A stretch of DNA of 64,000 nucleotides from a virus. The stretch is from positions 1 through 64,000 of IMG/VR virus record IMGVR_UViG_3300025121_000002. One strand, given 5' to 3'. A program made the position numbers and the translations under genes. The notes beneath the pieces were generated by a model. It saw only the letters and a list, made by a program, of their open reading frames with translations. It searched no databases and was not told where the DNA came from. This document shows positions 27,972 to 37,897 of this stretch, in pieces (within the stretch, counting starts at the first letter, position 1; each line of letters starts with the position of its first letter).

Positions 27972-28237
27972 AAGTTTCTCTTCCAGTAGTCAACTTTTTG
28001 ATCATCAGTTAAATCTTGAACACCCTCAGTCTTAATTTTTTCTAGTTCCTTTTCTTTCTTATCAATTTCGGTATCAACTTTAGCTTCTTCTTTTGTTAGA
28101 ATTTCTTCTTTAGTTTCAATCTTTATATTAGCGTTTTCTATTTTATCTGAATCATTAATCTTTTTAAAGATCAAGATACCAATTATAGCTGTAACTATAC
28201 CTAATATATACTTTAGTATTTCTTTTACTTTTTCCAT
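27968..28237 (-). CDS. N-terminally anchored coiled-coil membrane protein
   Basis: ATG 28237 after GAAGG, downstream of the upstream stop. TM ILGIVTAIIGILIF then a K/E-rich helix. ATGA overlap with the next gene. Confidence 0.5.
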   Translation of the reverse strand: MEKVKEILKYILGIVTAIIGILIFKKINDSDKIENANIKIETKEEILTKEEAKVDTEIDKKEKELEKIKTEGVQDLTDDQKVDYWKRNL

Positions 28238-28250
28238 ATTTACCTTCAGT

Positions 28251-29003
28251 TTAATAAAGATGTTCACTATTTGATGTATCTTTCTTGATTTCTTTTATTT
28301 CACCAATGGGTTTTCTAAGTAGAGGACACCCTGAATAAACAACGGTTTTTGTTGAACTAAAGAAAAAGAATCCACTAGTTTGTTGTTCTTCTAGTCTTTG
28401 ATTTAGAAGTTCCTTAGAGCATTTAATTTGTATAACTTCATCTGCTGCATTTTCTTTAACAGCATTTTTGTCATATAACCACATTTCATTTTGTATCTTT
28501 TCTTTATACTCTTTAATAGATATTCCCATTCTTTTAGAAACATCTTCTTCCATATCTTTAACAATAGATTTCCATAAATTAAGCTGACTCTCAACTTCAC
28601 CTACTTCAAATTGACCTGAAAATCCACCACTAGCCCTATGACCCATCATAACACCTTTATTGTTTATAAAGCGTTTATCACCATGTTGTGAGATCATGAA
28701 AGTCATAGATGCAGCAAAGATTGTGATTGTGTGTATTTTTTGAGGAATTAGTTTAAACGTATTGATCATATCTATTCCAGCATATACACTACCCCCTGGA
28801 GAATCCAGGACTAGATAAATAATCTCACTTTCAGGTAGTTTCGATGACAATTCTAGGAGTTTTCTTTGAGTTTTATTAACACTATCACCAGATACTTCAT
28901 CACGTAATAATACCATATTGTCTGGTGTTAATGTTATTTGTGTTTGAGAATAACAAGACATTGAAAAAAGTAGAATAAAAAGCATTAAAAATAGTTGACG
29001 CAT
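28251..29003 (-). CDS. secreted ClpP/SppA(S49)-class serine protease
   Basis: Signal peptide MRQLFLMLFILLFSMSCYS. VLDSPGGSVYAGIDMINT, FAASMT (Ser) and MMGHRA (His) align with ClpP-class motifs. Confidence 0.6.
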   Translation of the reverse strand: MRQLFLMLFILLFSMSCYSQTQITLTPDNMVLLRDEVSGDSVNKTQRKLLELSSKLPESEIIYLVLDSPGGSVYAGIDMINTFKLIPQKIHTITIFAASMTFMISQHGDKRFINNKGVMMGHRASGGFSGQFEVGEVESQLNLWKSIVKDMEEDVSKRMGISIKEYKEKIQNEMWLYDKNAVKENAADEVIQIKCSKELLNQRLEEQQTSGFFFFSSTKTVVYSGCPLLRKPIGEIKEIKKDTSNSEHLY

Positions 29004-29051
29004 AATATCACCATTTGTTTTATTTGATAAAAAGGTATTAACCTTATATAC

Positions 29052-29080
29052 ATTTTAACAAATTTCGATATCAATGTCAA
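29052..29080 (-). promoter_or_regulatory. near-consensus sigma70 promoter (TTGACA-N17-TAAAAT on the minus strand)
   Basis: Reverse complement of 29075-29080 is TTGACA and of 29052-29057 is TAAAAT, with a 17-nt spacer. 48 nt upstream of the ATG at 29003. Confidence 0.65.
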
Positions 29081-29104
29081 GTATAATTTGTATTTAAATC
29101 AATA

Positions 29105-29416
29105 TTATTTGAGATAGTTGATTAATTCAAAGATGGCTACAGCTATACCTATTGGTATTGCAATAAATTTAAAAAACTTAGATATTTTTTCGTAGATGTA
29201 TTTTCTAATTTCTATAGGTTTTTCTATTATATCTACTCGATTTTCAAGCAATTCTGTACGTTTCATATGCTCAACCAATGATGTCTTATTTTGTGCAATA
29301 TCAAACCCTTGAGTGATTTGTACACCTTTCATCTGTTTTAGGTCATCAGCAGAATCCTTGACTATATCATATATTAGATTTACTTTTTCATTTAATAAGT
29401 CTATCTTATCATTCAT
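29105..29416 (-). CDS. hypothetical protein with C-terminal TM
   Basis: FKFIAIPIGIAVAIFELI tail. Start abuts the upstream stop. Confidence 0.5.
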   Translation of the reverse strand: MNDKIDLLNEKVNLIYDIVKDSADDLKQMKGVQITQGFDIAQNKTSLVEHMKRTELLENRVDIIEKPIEIRKYIYEKISKFFKFIAIPIGIAVAIFELINYLK

Positions 29417-31642
29417 CTAAGGCTCCTTCTTTTCAAGATCAACACCAAAAGTTTTTAATAATAGATCTTTAGTATTAGGATTTTGCATAGCACTAAATAA
29501 TAATGCTCTACGAGATTGTTCATTTTCAGTAGCAGCTAAGTTTCTAAACAATTGAGCTATCTTTGGATTTTCAGCTTTATCAGCTAATTTAGCTAAGTTA
29601 TTAGGTAATGTGTTTACTATCTCTTTAACCATCTTCCCTGTCCAATCTGAAGCCTTCTCAATACCTTTAGAAACCTTACCTAATCCAATAGCACCTCTAA
29701 TACCAGCAGCTTCAACACCACCAATAAAAGCTTTAGATACTTGTAATCCAGAGTTAGCTGCTGATTGGTTGATATCATATAGTTGGGATAGCTTATTTAC
29801 TGCTGTATATAATTCATCAGCTTTTTCCTGTCCTACAATATCTCTATAGTATTTCATGAATTTTTCAAACTTTCTCTGTGCTTTTTCACCAGCAGCAGTT
29901 TCCAATTTGATATTCTTTAACATGTCAGTTAAATCGTCTATAGCATTATCTTTAGTTACAACGTCTTCACTTATTAAATCTTTCTTTTTTAGTTTTTTAG
30001 TAGCACCATACATTGATTCATAAGATTTCATTACTTTACTAAATTCATCTAACATACCCTTTTCACCTAAAAGACTATCGAAATCTTTTCTAACACCCTT
30101 AGCTAATTCTCTTACTCTACTTTCAATAGTACCTTTATCTTTACCAGCTATTAGTTTTAATGAATCACTAAATTCTTTCATTTCCTTAGGTTTAAGATTT
30201 ATAGCATTTTGTATTTCTCTAGTTTCAACTTTAGTTGGTATCTTACCCCAATAAACAGAATTTACTCTACCTCTAGCATCTTTAAAATAAGCTAACCCCT
30301 TTAGATCATCAACAATAATCTCACCAGGTTCAAATGTTTTAGCTACAGCTTTCATTTCTTTTGGTAAAGACATTTCAACACCTAATTCAGGTATCAATTC
30401 TTTTTGTTTATATTTCAATCTAACAACGTCTTTTAGTATATCAGTAGCTTCTTCTCCTGATATATTTAACAATTTAGAAACTTTAATTGTATCAATTTTG
30501 GCTGGTTGTATATCACCCTCTATTAAAGCATATTTGTCTAACATTTTAGCTATTTCTTTAGAAGCTCCTTCCCCTTCAGAGTCTGCTAATTCCATTAACA
30601 CTTTCTTCTTTTCCAAAGCACCTAAAGCTGTTTCTTTAGCTGTATAATCAGGTACAATAACATCTTCTTTTGTTATGAATTTCTTTTTAATATTATTCAA
30701 TTGTTCTAATACTTTACCAGCTTTCTTTGCTGTATCATCAGTTAAAGCATTCTGATGTTCTAACTTAAATTCATTAGATAGATTATCTATATATGTAGTA
30801 TAATCTTTTTTCATTTGTTCAGCTTCAGTTTTTTGCCATAGATCATCAAATTTCTTAACACCCTCTCTTTTAACATTTTCTAAATTCTTTTGAATTTCAG
30901 TAGCTTTAGAACTCAAATCATCCATAATAGTTTGTTGTATTTTTTGCCCTATTATCTCTTCACCTTCTTTAGCTAATTCACCAGCTTCAAACATTTTTCT
31001 AAATGAAGATGTTGATTTTTCTCTTATATATTCTCTTAAAGAATTAAGTTTTTCCATTCCAGGTTTAATTGCTTTTTGACCAATATAACCCATACCAGCA
31101 CCCAAAGCACCACCAGTAAGTGATCCCATACCAATTTCTTGTACAGCTTTTGGTACTTCAGCTTGAGTTAAATCAGCTTCACCATAACCAAGTCCAGCAG
31201 CTGCACCATATTTAGCTCCAGTAGCAGCACTTTGTTTAACTGCTTCTTTTAAACCTAGTTTACCTAACGTTGCAGCAGCAGTAGCACCACCAGTAAAGAA
31301 AGCAGGAGCTATACCAGATCCAATTTCAGAAGCTGTAAATATGATAGGATTAGCTTCTTGTGCAGCTTCCATCTTAGCTCTTTCTGTATCTCTTTCTCTA
31401 CGATATGTATCCATAAAATTAGATAATTCATCTTGTCCAAATAAAGTACTTCCAACAGCTTTACCAGCACCAATAAGTTCATCACCAAAACCTAAAGTTA
31501 AACCTTGTACGCCACCACGTATAGCAGATTCTGTTTGTGATATTTCTTCATTAGATTTTGATTCTAAATCAAAATTATCATCTTCTATTGGTTCTAAATC
31601 TAATTTTGTATCTTCAATTGGTTCTAAATCTAATTTATTCAT
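29417..31642 (-). CDS. large virion-associated protein (internal/ejection-type) with Gly/Ala-rich hydrophobic segments
   Basis: 741 aa. N-terminal repeat LDLEPIED x2, glycine-zipper-like GIGSGIAPAFFTGGATAAA.., long helical remainder. Position after the other internal proteins. Confidence 0.4.
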   Translation of the reverse strand: MNKLDLEPIEDTKLDLEPIEDDNFDLESKSNEEISQTESAIRGGVQGLTLGFGDELIGAGKAVGSTLFGQDELSNFMDTYRRERDTERAKMEAAQEANPIIFTASEIGSGIAPAFFTGGATAAATLGKLGLKEAVKQSAATGAKYGAAAGLGYGEADLTQAEVPKAVQEIGMGSLTGGALGAGMGYIGQKAIKPGMEKLNSLREYIREKSTSSFRKMFEAGELAKEGEEIIGQKIQQTIMDDLSSKATEIQKNLENVKREGVKKFDDLWQKTEAEQMKKDYTTYIDNLSNEFKLEHQNALTDDTAKKAGKVLEQLNNIKKKFITKEDVIVPDYTAKETALGALEKKKVLMELADSEGEGASKEIAKMLDKYALIEGDIQPAKIDTIKVSKLLNISGEEATDILKDVVRLKYKQKELIPELGVEMSLPKEMKAVAKTFEPGEIIVDDLKGLAYFKDARGRVNSVYWGKIPTKVETREIQNAINLKPKEMKEFSDSLKLIAGKDKGTIESRVRELAKGVRKDFDSLLGEKGMLDEFSKVMKSYESMYGATKKLKKKDLISEDVVTKDNAIDDLTDMLKNIKLETAAGEKAQRKFEKFMKYYRDIVGQEKADELYTAVNKLSQLYDINQSAANSGLQVSKAFIGGVEAAGIRGAIGLGKVSKGIEKASDWTGKMVKEIVNTLPNNLAKLADKAENPKIAQLFRNLAATENEQSRRALLFSAMQNPNTKDLLLKTFGVDLEKKEP

Positions 31643-31644
31643 TT

Positions 31645-33234
31645 TTATTCCACCAATTTATAACCTTGTTTAATTGAATCTTCTAATTGTTCTTTTGGTA
31701 ATTTAAATTTCTTACCTTGACTATCCATAACAGTCACTTTATTTTCTATATTTTTAACTGTTCTATTTTCTTTAATTTTTTTCATATTTTCTAATCTATA
31801 TTTTTCAGCATCAGGATTTGATACATTATAAAAATCCACAATATCATTATACTGCCTTTTAAACGTTTGGTCAAATGAATTTAATCTTGACATAAAAGTA
31901 TCGGCAGTAACGTTAGGATTTGCAACAATATCTTTTAATCTTTCATATTCAGCATCTGTAACAGCTAATCCAGATTGACCTTTAATATAATTGGAAAGAA
32001 ATGAATTCAATTTCGAATAAAATGCAGATCTATCTTTATTTGTGTTCCATATTTTTTCTGAGGTACTACCTAATCTTCCATCAACTGGTCCAACATATGA
32101 TTTTTTAAATAATGATTTCAACTCATCTAAATCATTACTAGTCACATAAGCGTTTTTAGTAATTTCTTGTTGTTTAGATGTTAATTCGTCCTTCTCTTTT
32201 TGAGTCCATTTAAATCTTTCTTCACTAAGATTAGCTTTTTTTGTAGCAGCATCAGCTTGCTGTTGTCTAATTTCAAGAAGTTTAGCTGCGTTATCACTTT
32301 GAAGTTGTTGCATCTTGAGTTTCATTTCTCTATCGTCTTGAAGTAATAATAATTTTTGTAACTCTTCAAGTTGTGGTTTATTCATACCATCTAAATCTTT
32401 AAGATATGGGTTTAACTTATCTTTAAAAGATTGATTGTTTTTAATTAATGTTCTATATAATTCAGAAGCTTTACTATTTGGATCTAGTTCGGCAGCTTTA
32501 CCTTGCATAGCAGCTTCTTCTAAAGCTTCTTTTACTAATCCTTTAGATTCCTTTCTTTGTTGTTTACTCATTTCTATCTTAGACATAGCATCAGACATCA
32601 CTTTCTTAGCGTCTTCTTTAAGTGATTTACCAGCATTAGGATCACCTTCAACTCTAGCCATACCAGCACTTATCTTTTCTAAACCACCTCTAAGACCACC
32701 CATGAAGTCTACCCAATTAGCCATTTTTTTAGATTCTTCATATATTTCATTTTCTTTGTTCTTAGCAGCTTCATCATCTTTTTGTAAACGTTTTAATATA
32801 GAATTAAAACCTTCTTCATCTTTTACTTCTTCTTTTACTTCTTTAACTATAGGTTTATCTTCCTTAACTGGAGATGGTGTAATTTGTTTAGTTTTAGATG
32901 GTATAACTGGTGGTGTAACAGGAGCAACATTAACATCTTTTGGTATGTTTATCGGCTGTTGTGGTATGTTTGTTTGTGGTATAGATGGTTGTGTACTACC
33001 AAAATCAAATCCTTGTTTATTTGGTTGTAAAGGAATATCTTTTGATAAATTAGTTTGTAGATTATACCTATTTAGTAATTCATCTAATCTATTTTGTTCT
33101 AAGTTTTCTTGACTAATAAATGGTGTTGGTTGTTCACCTGTTTGATATGGAATATTAGATGATATAGTTTTACTACCATTTAATAAATCATCAAGAAACT
33201 TACTATAATCTATATTATTTTTATTCTCAGCCAT
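31645..33234 (-). CDS. virion-associated protein (internal-type), P/Q-rich N-terminus and coiled-coil middle
   Basis: 529 aa, tightly packed in the late operon. Confidence 0.4.
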   Translation of the reverse strand: MAENKNNIDYSKFLDDLLNGSKTISSNIPYQTGEQPTPFISQENLEQNRLDELLNRYNLQTNLSKDIPLQPNKQGFDFGSTQPSIPQTNIPQQPINIPKDVNVAPVTPPVIPSKTKQITPSPVKEDKPIVKEVKEEVKDEEGFNSILKRLQKDDEAAKNKENEIYEESKKMANWVDFMGGLRGGLEKISAGMARVEGDPNAGKSLKEDAKKVMSDAMSKIEMSKQQRKESKGLVKEALEEAAMQGKAAELDPNSKASELYRTLIKNNQSFKDKLNPYLKDLDGMNKPQLEELQKLLLLQDDREMKLKMQQLQSDNAAKLLEIRQQQADAATKKANLSEERFKWTQKEKDELTSKQQEITKNAYVTSNDLDELKSLFKKSYVGPVDGRLGSTSEKIWNTNKDRSAFYSKLNSFLSNYIKGQSGLAVTDAEYERLKDIVANPNVTADTFMSRLNSFDQTFKRQYNDIVDFYNVSNPDAEKYRLENMKKIKENRTVKNIENKVTVMDSQGKKFKLPKEQLEDSIKQGYKLVE

Positions 33235-33249
33235 AAATTATTCCTTTAA

Positions 33250-34317
33250 TTATTTACTATAAGGATTAGATCCACCAAAAATACCAGTAGGAGCTTTAGC
33301 TGTTGTCACATTAACACCTGATTGTGTTGGAGCAGCAGAACTACCACTACCAGAAAAAGCTTTACCGGCACTCATTGCTATATCAGCTAATCCTGATCCC
33401 ATAGATTGTATACCAGCAGCTTTGTTTGCACCAGCAGCACTTGTTGCAGCAGCATTACCAGTTAACGCACTCATTTGTAAACCAGCTTTCTGTACTTCTC
33501 TATCATATTTTCTACCAGCAGCTTCGGCGTTCCATTGAGATACCTGATTTGCAGCATTAACTCTGTCAGCTTCAAGTTGTTGAGCTAAACTTTGTTTAGT
33601 TAGATTTGCTGTATTTAAACCAGCTACATTACGTTGTTCAACTCCTGCTTTTTGTAAAGCATTAAATTGAGCTATGATATCTTCAGCACTAGCCTTTTGT
33701 GCTTCTTCACCAAACTCTTGAGATCTCATTTGTGTACTATAATCACCCAATTGACCTAAAGCTGCTAGTTTAGCTTGTGCTGATGTTTGAGCTATACGAT
33801 CAGCTTGTTCAGCTTGAGCTAACATAGCTTGTTGGCTTGACGACTGTCTTTGTGCTAACTCAGCACCAGAACCCAACATACCTCGTTCAGCCATAGATTG
33901 AAGTATTCTAGCATCTCTAGCTTCAGCTTGAGATCCAGTGCTACGTCTTAGTTGTTCAAACTCAGCCATATCAGCACTAGTTAAACCATCCATACTTCTT
34001 TCTTGTATACCACTTAATGCTGCAAGTTGAGCTTCTTTCAATCTAGGGTCAACACCAATATCTGTCATTGATGTTTTCTGTAGTTGAATAGCTTTCTCTT
34101 CTTCTGGTAAGAAATCCCAAACTAATTCAGGACTTTCAAGTATAAGTTTTTCAGCTTCTGCTGTTGGTATTTGAAGACTATTAGCTATATTTAATGCTGC
34201 TTCTCTTAAAGCTTGTGATCTTGCTTCAGCTTCTTCAGCAGCATTTCCAGCCATTATACCACTAACTAATGACGACCCAATTCCTGCTGCTGCTCCTGCG
34301 GCTATCATTCCAGCCAT
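33250..34317 (-). CDS. Ala/Gln-rich internal virion-type protein
   Basis: AAGGAG RBS. Hydrophobic Gly/Ala N-terminus MAGMIAAGAAAGIGS, A/Q/E helical repeats. Confidence 0.4.
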   Translation of the reverse strand: MAGMIAAGAAAGIGSSLVSGIMAGNAAEEAEARSQALREAALNIANSLQIPTAEAEKLILESPELVWDFLPEEEKAIQLQKTSMTDIGVDPRLKEAQLAALSGIQERSMDGLTSADMAEFEQLRRSTGSQAEARDARILQSMAERGMLGSGAELAQRQSSSQQAMLAQAEQADRIAQTSAQAKLAALGQLGDYSTQMRSQEFGEEAQKASAEDIIAQFNALQKAGVEQRNVAGLNTANLTKQSLAQQLEADRVNAANQVSQWNAEAAGRKYDREVQKAGLQMSALTGNAAATSAAGANKAAGIQSMGSGLADIAMSAGKAFSGSGSSAAPTQSGVNVTTAKAPTGIFGGSNPYSK

Positions 34318-34341
34318 ATAAAACTCCTTAAATAATATATT

Positions 34342-36225
34342 TTAAGATAAACCAAAGAATTGTCGAAGTTGATTAAAATAACCACCTTCTCTTGCTGTTG
34401 TTTCACCTTTTACTTTATTACGTTGTTCTACTGTTTTTTCTATGAATTGATTTTTTAAATTAAGTATATTATTAATTTTAGCTTGTCTATTAGCTATTTC
34501 ACTTTGTATTTCTGGCATTGCTAATATTTGTTCCTCTGTAAAACCAGAATAACGATCAGGACCTAATTGATAAACAATATTATTTAAATTCAAAATTGAT
34601 CGATCTATTGGAAACAATCTAGTAACAGCAGGATCATTATCCATAGCAACTCTAATTTCATTATCTGATTTATTAATCCATTCATTATTAGGATTTAAAT
34701 ATTGATAACTAGCTGTTGTTGCATCCTTATCGCCAGGTTGAAATCCATATCCTGTTCTTTCACCTAAAACATCATAATACCATTGGTTCATTGAAGTAGA
34801 AGCTTCTAACGCTTCTTCTTCTTTAGTTTTGTTTGTTTTAGTTTGTCTATCTAGTATTTCTTTTTCTAAGTTAGATACACCTAATCCTTCTAAACCAACT
34901 TGATTAGCTTGCAATCTTCTTGCTGCTTCAACTTCAGATAGATTACTACCTAATTGATCTTGAAATAATTCCTCTAACGCTTGTTGTTTAGCTACTTCTT
35001 CTGATGTAGCAAATCTTGACTTTTCAGCTAAGGATTCACCTATATTAGCTGTATTAAGAAGTTCAGCTAATTTAGCTTGATCTAGAGTTCCATAATTATA
35101 TAAACTAGATTCAGCTTCTCCTGGTGCCTTTCCTGCATAATATGCTGATGTACCACCAACGTTCCATCTACCTTCAACCCCTGTACCGAATTCACCTTGA
35201 TAACTTAAGTTGTTAGCAATGTTTAACATTTTATCAGCAGCTTCTCCTGATGTATTTTGTCTTAAGAAATTTTGTTCATCAGAACTAATAGCTTGACCCG
35301 ATAGTAATTTAGTATATAACTCAGATACTTTATTTTTATTAGTATTATATTGTTTTAACTTTTCAACAACATTAGTTTCAATATTACCGAATGCTTGTTC
35401 TGCACCAGTAGTTACAGCAGACTTTGTTGCTTCAATTTCTTCTAAAGTTTTACCTTTAGCTAATTGTTGTAATTTTTCTAGATCTGTAAGTTGTCTAGAA
35501 ACATCAGTTCCTGCTATTTTAGAATAGTCTTCTAAAGCTTGTTTTTCTTGTTGTTTAGATTGTAACAATAATTGATCTAAAGATTGTTGTCCTGTAGTAT
35601 ATGTTTTATCAGGACGACTAAACATTTCACGAAGTAATTGAAATCTACCAGCTTCACTAGTTCCTAATCCTGCTTTTTGTTGAAAAGCATTAACATCTTG
35701 TTTTAATGTAGGTAAAGCTTGAGATTCGTATGTATTGAATCCACCTTGTTTAGCTGTTAGATATTCTTGATATTCTGGTGTATCCATATATGAACGAATA
35801 TCGGCAGCATTTTTTTCATATAGTCCAGGTAAGTCTTGTTGTACTTTTTGTATACGAGCTATTTCACCACCACCAATTTGTTTTAGATTATCTTGATCTA
35901 ATCCAAATCCGGTTTTAGTTTCAATATCGCTTCTTTCTGTAGCAGTTTTTGTTGCTAATCCAGTTTCTTCTTCTTGAAGTTTACCTGTTATTTTTTCAGC
36001 TAATTTAGGTTCTTGATGTGCTTGAACATATTTTTGAGCAGAAGTACCTTTCATACCAGTACCTAATTTTCCTGCTGTACTAGCTTGAGTAGCAACAGGA
36101 GAAACACCAGCACTAACAGAAGATGGTGATCCACTAACTGATATATCACCAGTTTGTTCTAGATTACCAGCTTTCTTCTTTTTCTCTTCTTCAGTTTGTT
36201 GAAGTGTATCTGCTATATATGGCAT
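34342..36225 (-). CDS. large internal virion-type protein
   Basis: 627 aa, Q/E/T/A-rich, contiguous with neighbours. Confidence 0.4.
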   Translation of the reverse strand: MPYIADTLQQTEEEKKKKAGNLEQTGDISVSGSPSSVSAGVSPVATQASTAGKLGTGMKGTSAQKYVQAHQEPKLAEKITGKLQEEETGLATKTATERSDIETKTGFGLDQDNLKQIGGGEIARIQKVQQDLPGLYEKNAADIRSYMDTPEYQEYLTAKQGGFNTYESQALPTLKQDVNAFQQKAGLGTSEAGRFQLLREMFSRPDKTYTTGQQSLDQLLLQSKQQEKQALEDYSKIAGTDVSRQLTDLEKLQQLAKGKTLEEIEATKSAVTTGAEQAFGNIETNVVEKLKQYNTNKNKVSELYTKLLSGQAISSDEQNFLRQNTSGEAADKMLNIANNLSYQGEFGTGVEGRWNVGGTSAYYAGKAPGEAESSLYNYGTLDQAKLAELLNTANIGESLAEKSRFATSEEVAKQQALEELFQDQLGSNLSEVEAARRLQANQVGLEGLGVSNLEKEILDRQTKTNKTKEEEALEASTSMNQWYYDVLGERTGYGFQPGDKDATTASYQYLNPNNEWINKSDNEIRVAMDNDPAVTRLFPIDRSILNLNNIVYQLGPDRYSGFTEEQILAMPEIQSEIANRQAKINNILNLKNQFIEKTVEQRNKVKGETTAREGGYFNQLRQFFGLS

Positions 36226-36227
36226 TG

Positions 36228-37451
36228 TTATTTACCTTTACTGAAAGTATTTAATACGATATCTTCAATAGCTTTTAATCTTAGTTCTTGTTCTTTCTGT
36301 TTCTGACTTATATTAGTTTCTTCTGGAGTAGATTTTCTAACTATTGGATTTTCATTCTTAAGTGATTCAAATGGTATTTTACCTTGAATTGCTTCCATTA
36401 ATCTTTGTTGACCTTCTAGATTAACAACAGACTCACCTTCATTAACTTGAGCATCAACATTATCACCAACATAATTCATACCATCATCTTCAATTACACC
36501 ACCATTACGATAGTAGTTAATTTTATCCATTGCTAGTTTTTTTAACTGATCTTGCATTGGATCAACGTTATAAGCAACACCACCATCTTCAAATTTAGGT
36601 AACACTCTTTCTTGTGTTCCTTGAGTTTTTTCAGCTAACATTCTTCTTAAATATTCAGTGACAGGATCTTGAATTCCTGGCATTTGTGGAGGTAAAGTAT
36701 AACTAGAAAGATCTTGTGAAGGCATAAATGAATTTAAATTAGGTATTTGAAGACCAGAAACTATACCACCATCTTGATATGCATTTCTAGATGGTATCTT
36801 TTTTTGTGAAAGTTCATTTTCATATTTTTCAGAATCTTTTATGTGTTGTATTAATTCTGAATCACTTAAATTTTTATATTCTGGAAGTGATCTAAATTTT
36901 TCAAATTTCTCAGCTATTCCAAATTTAGAATCTAAATTCTCTGAAATATTAGCACCTAACTTAGAAGTATTTTCTGTATCTCTATTCATATAAACATTTC
37001 CACCATCTTCATATTTCTTAACTACACCACCACATTTATAACCATTATTAGACTTAAGTATTTCCATTTCTTCAGGTGACAAACTATCTCCAGATTCTAA
37101 TTTATAAGCTAAGGTTCCTTCTTTTGGACCCAATGGTTGTACTTCTCCTGCTTTTTGAATGGCTTCACCTAAAGCTGCACCATATACATTACCAAATAAA
37201 TTCTTACCACCAGCCATTCTTACTGTTGGACGAGAAGTTCTAATCATATTTAATTCTTTTTCTAAATTCACTTTTTGTTCTGGAGGAGTTTTTGGATTAT
37301 TCAATGACTTAAGTATTTCACTTTCTCTTAGAAATGATTGAGTTTCATTAGATACAATCTCACCTCTAGGTAAAGGTTTAACCACACCACCTTCCGCATA
37401 TTTAGGTTTTTTAAATTTATCTCTTAAATTTGAAAAATTGTCACTTTTCAT
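36228..37451 (-). CDS. virion protein with about six spaced aromatic-x-(D/E/N/C)-G-G-(V/I/N) motifs
   Basis: YAEGGVV, YKCGGVV, YEDGGNV, YQDGGIV, FEDGGVA, YRNGGVI. GAGGAAG RBS, preceded by the late motif. Confidence 0.45.
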   Translation of the reverse strand: MKSDNFSNLRDKFKKPKYAEGGVVKPLPRGEIVSNETQSFLRESEILKSLNNPKTPPEQKVNLEKELNMIRTSRPTVRMAGGKNLFGNVYGAALGEAIQKAGEVQPLGPKEGTLAYKLESGDSLSPEEMEILKSNNGYKCGGVVKKYEDGGNVYMNRDTENTSKLGANISENLDSKFGIAEKFEKFRSLPEYKNLSDSELIQHIKDSEKYENELSQKKIPSRNAYQDGGIVSGLQIPNLNSFMPSQDLSSYTLPPQMPGIQDPVTEYLRRMLAEKTQGTQERVLPKFEDGGVAYNVDPMQDQLKKLAMDKINYYRNGGVIEDDGMNYVGDNVDAQVNEGESVVNLEGQQRLMEAIQGKIPFESLKNENPIVRKSTPEETNISQKQKEQELRLKAIEDIVLNTFSKGK

Positions 37452-37473
37452 GTCTTCCTCGAATATAGTAATT

Positions 37474-37490
37474 ACATTAATACTTGATAA
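37474..37490 (-). promoter_or_regulatory. late-promoter-like 17-mer TTATCAAGTATTAATGT (minus sense)
   Basis: Identical to the copies at 52047 and 62321. 22 nt upstream of the ATG at 37451. Confidence 0.55.
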
Positions 37491-37495
37491 ACCCT

Positions 37496-37897
37496 TTAAT
37501 TACTGTATATTATGATAGTTAATGTGTAAGTTGTGTTTGCTAGTAAACCTGTAATATTACTAACTTTTATTATTTTATTTTCTTCGGTATATGTTATAAA
37601 GGGATGTGAAGTTATAGCACCACCTAGAACTCTTATGATTTGTGTTCCTGTTGACTTTAAAGCTAAATTATGTTTAAAAGAGATTGAAAATACAGGATTA
37701 CCACTTGCATCAACTTTGATGTTATTAATAGTTTTAATTTCTTGATTAAGATTTTCTGATATTGAAAGATTCTTATTTAAAGCATTGTAAACACTTTCAG
37801 CAAAGGAATTATAACAAATACCAATCTTTTCAACTAGTTCCTTTTCATCGTCTTTAAAATCTTCAACGTTTAATCTTTTTGGGCTATCTATTTTCAT
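37496..37897 (-). CDS. hypothetical virion protein
   Basis: One-nt overlap with the upstream gene. Confidence 0.5.
   Translation of the reverse strand: MKIDSPKRLNVEDFKDDEKELVEKIGICYNSFAESVYNALNKNLSISENLNQEIKTINNIKVDASGNPVFSISFKHNLALKSTGTQIIRVLGGAITSHPFITYTEENKIIKVSNITGLLANTTYTLTIIIYSN

Noticed and set aside
32435-33112. Long plus-strand ORFs inside the late region. Examples: 32435..33112 (225 aa), 31341..31673, 29610..29849, 43920..44210, 45717..45983, 60017..60421, 61677..62069, 55542..55796, 56604..56933.
   Set aside because: They lie antisense to longer, tightly packed minus-strand genes that have RBSs and start/stop overlaps. Their S/L/F/C/I-rich low-complexity composition is what the reverse frame of K/E/A/G-rich genes produces.
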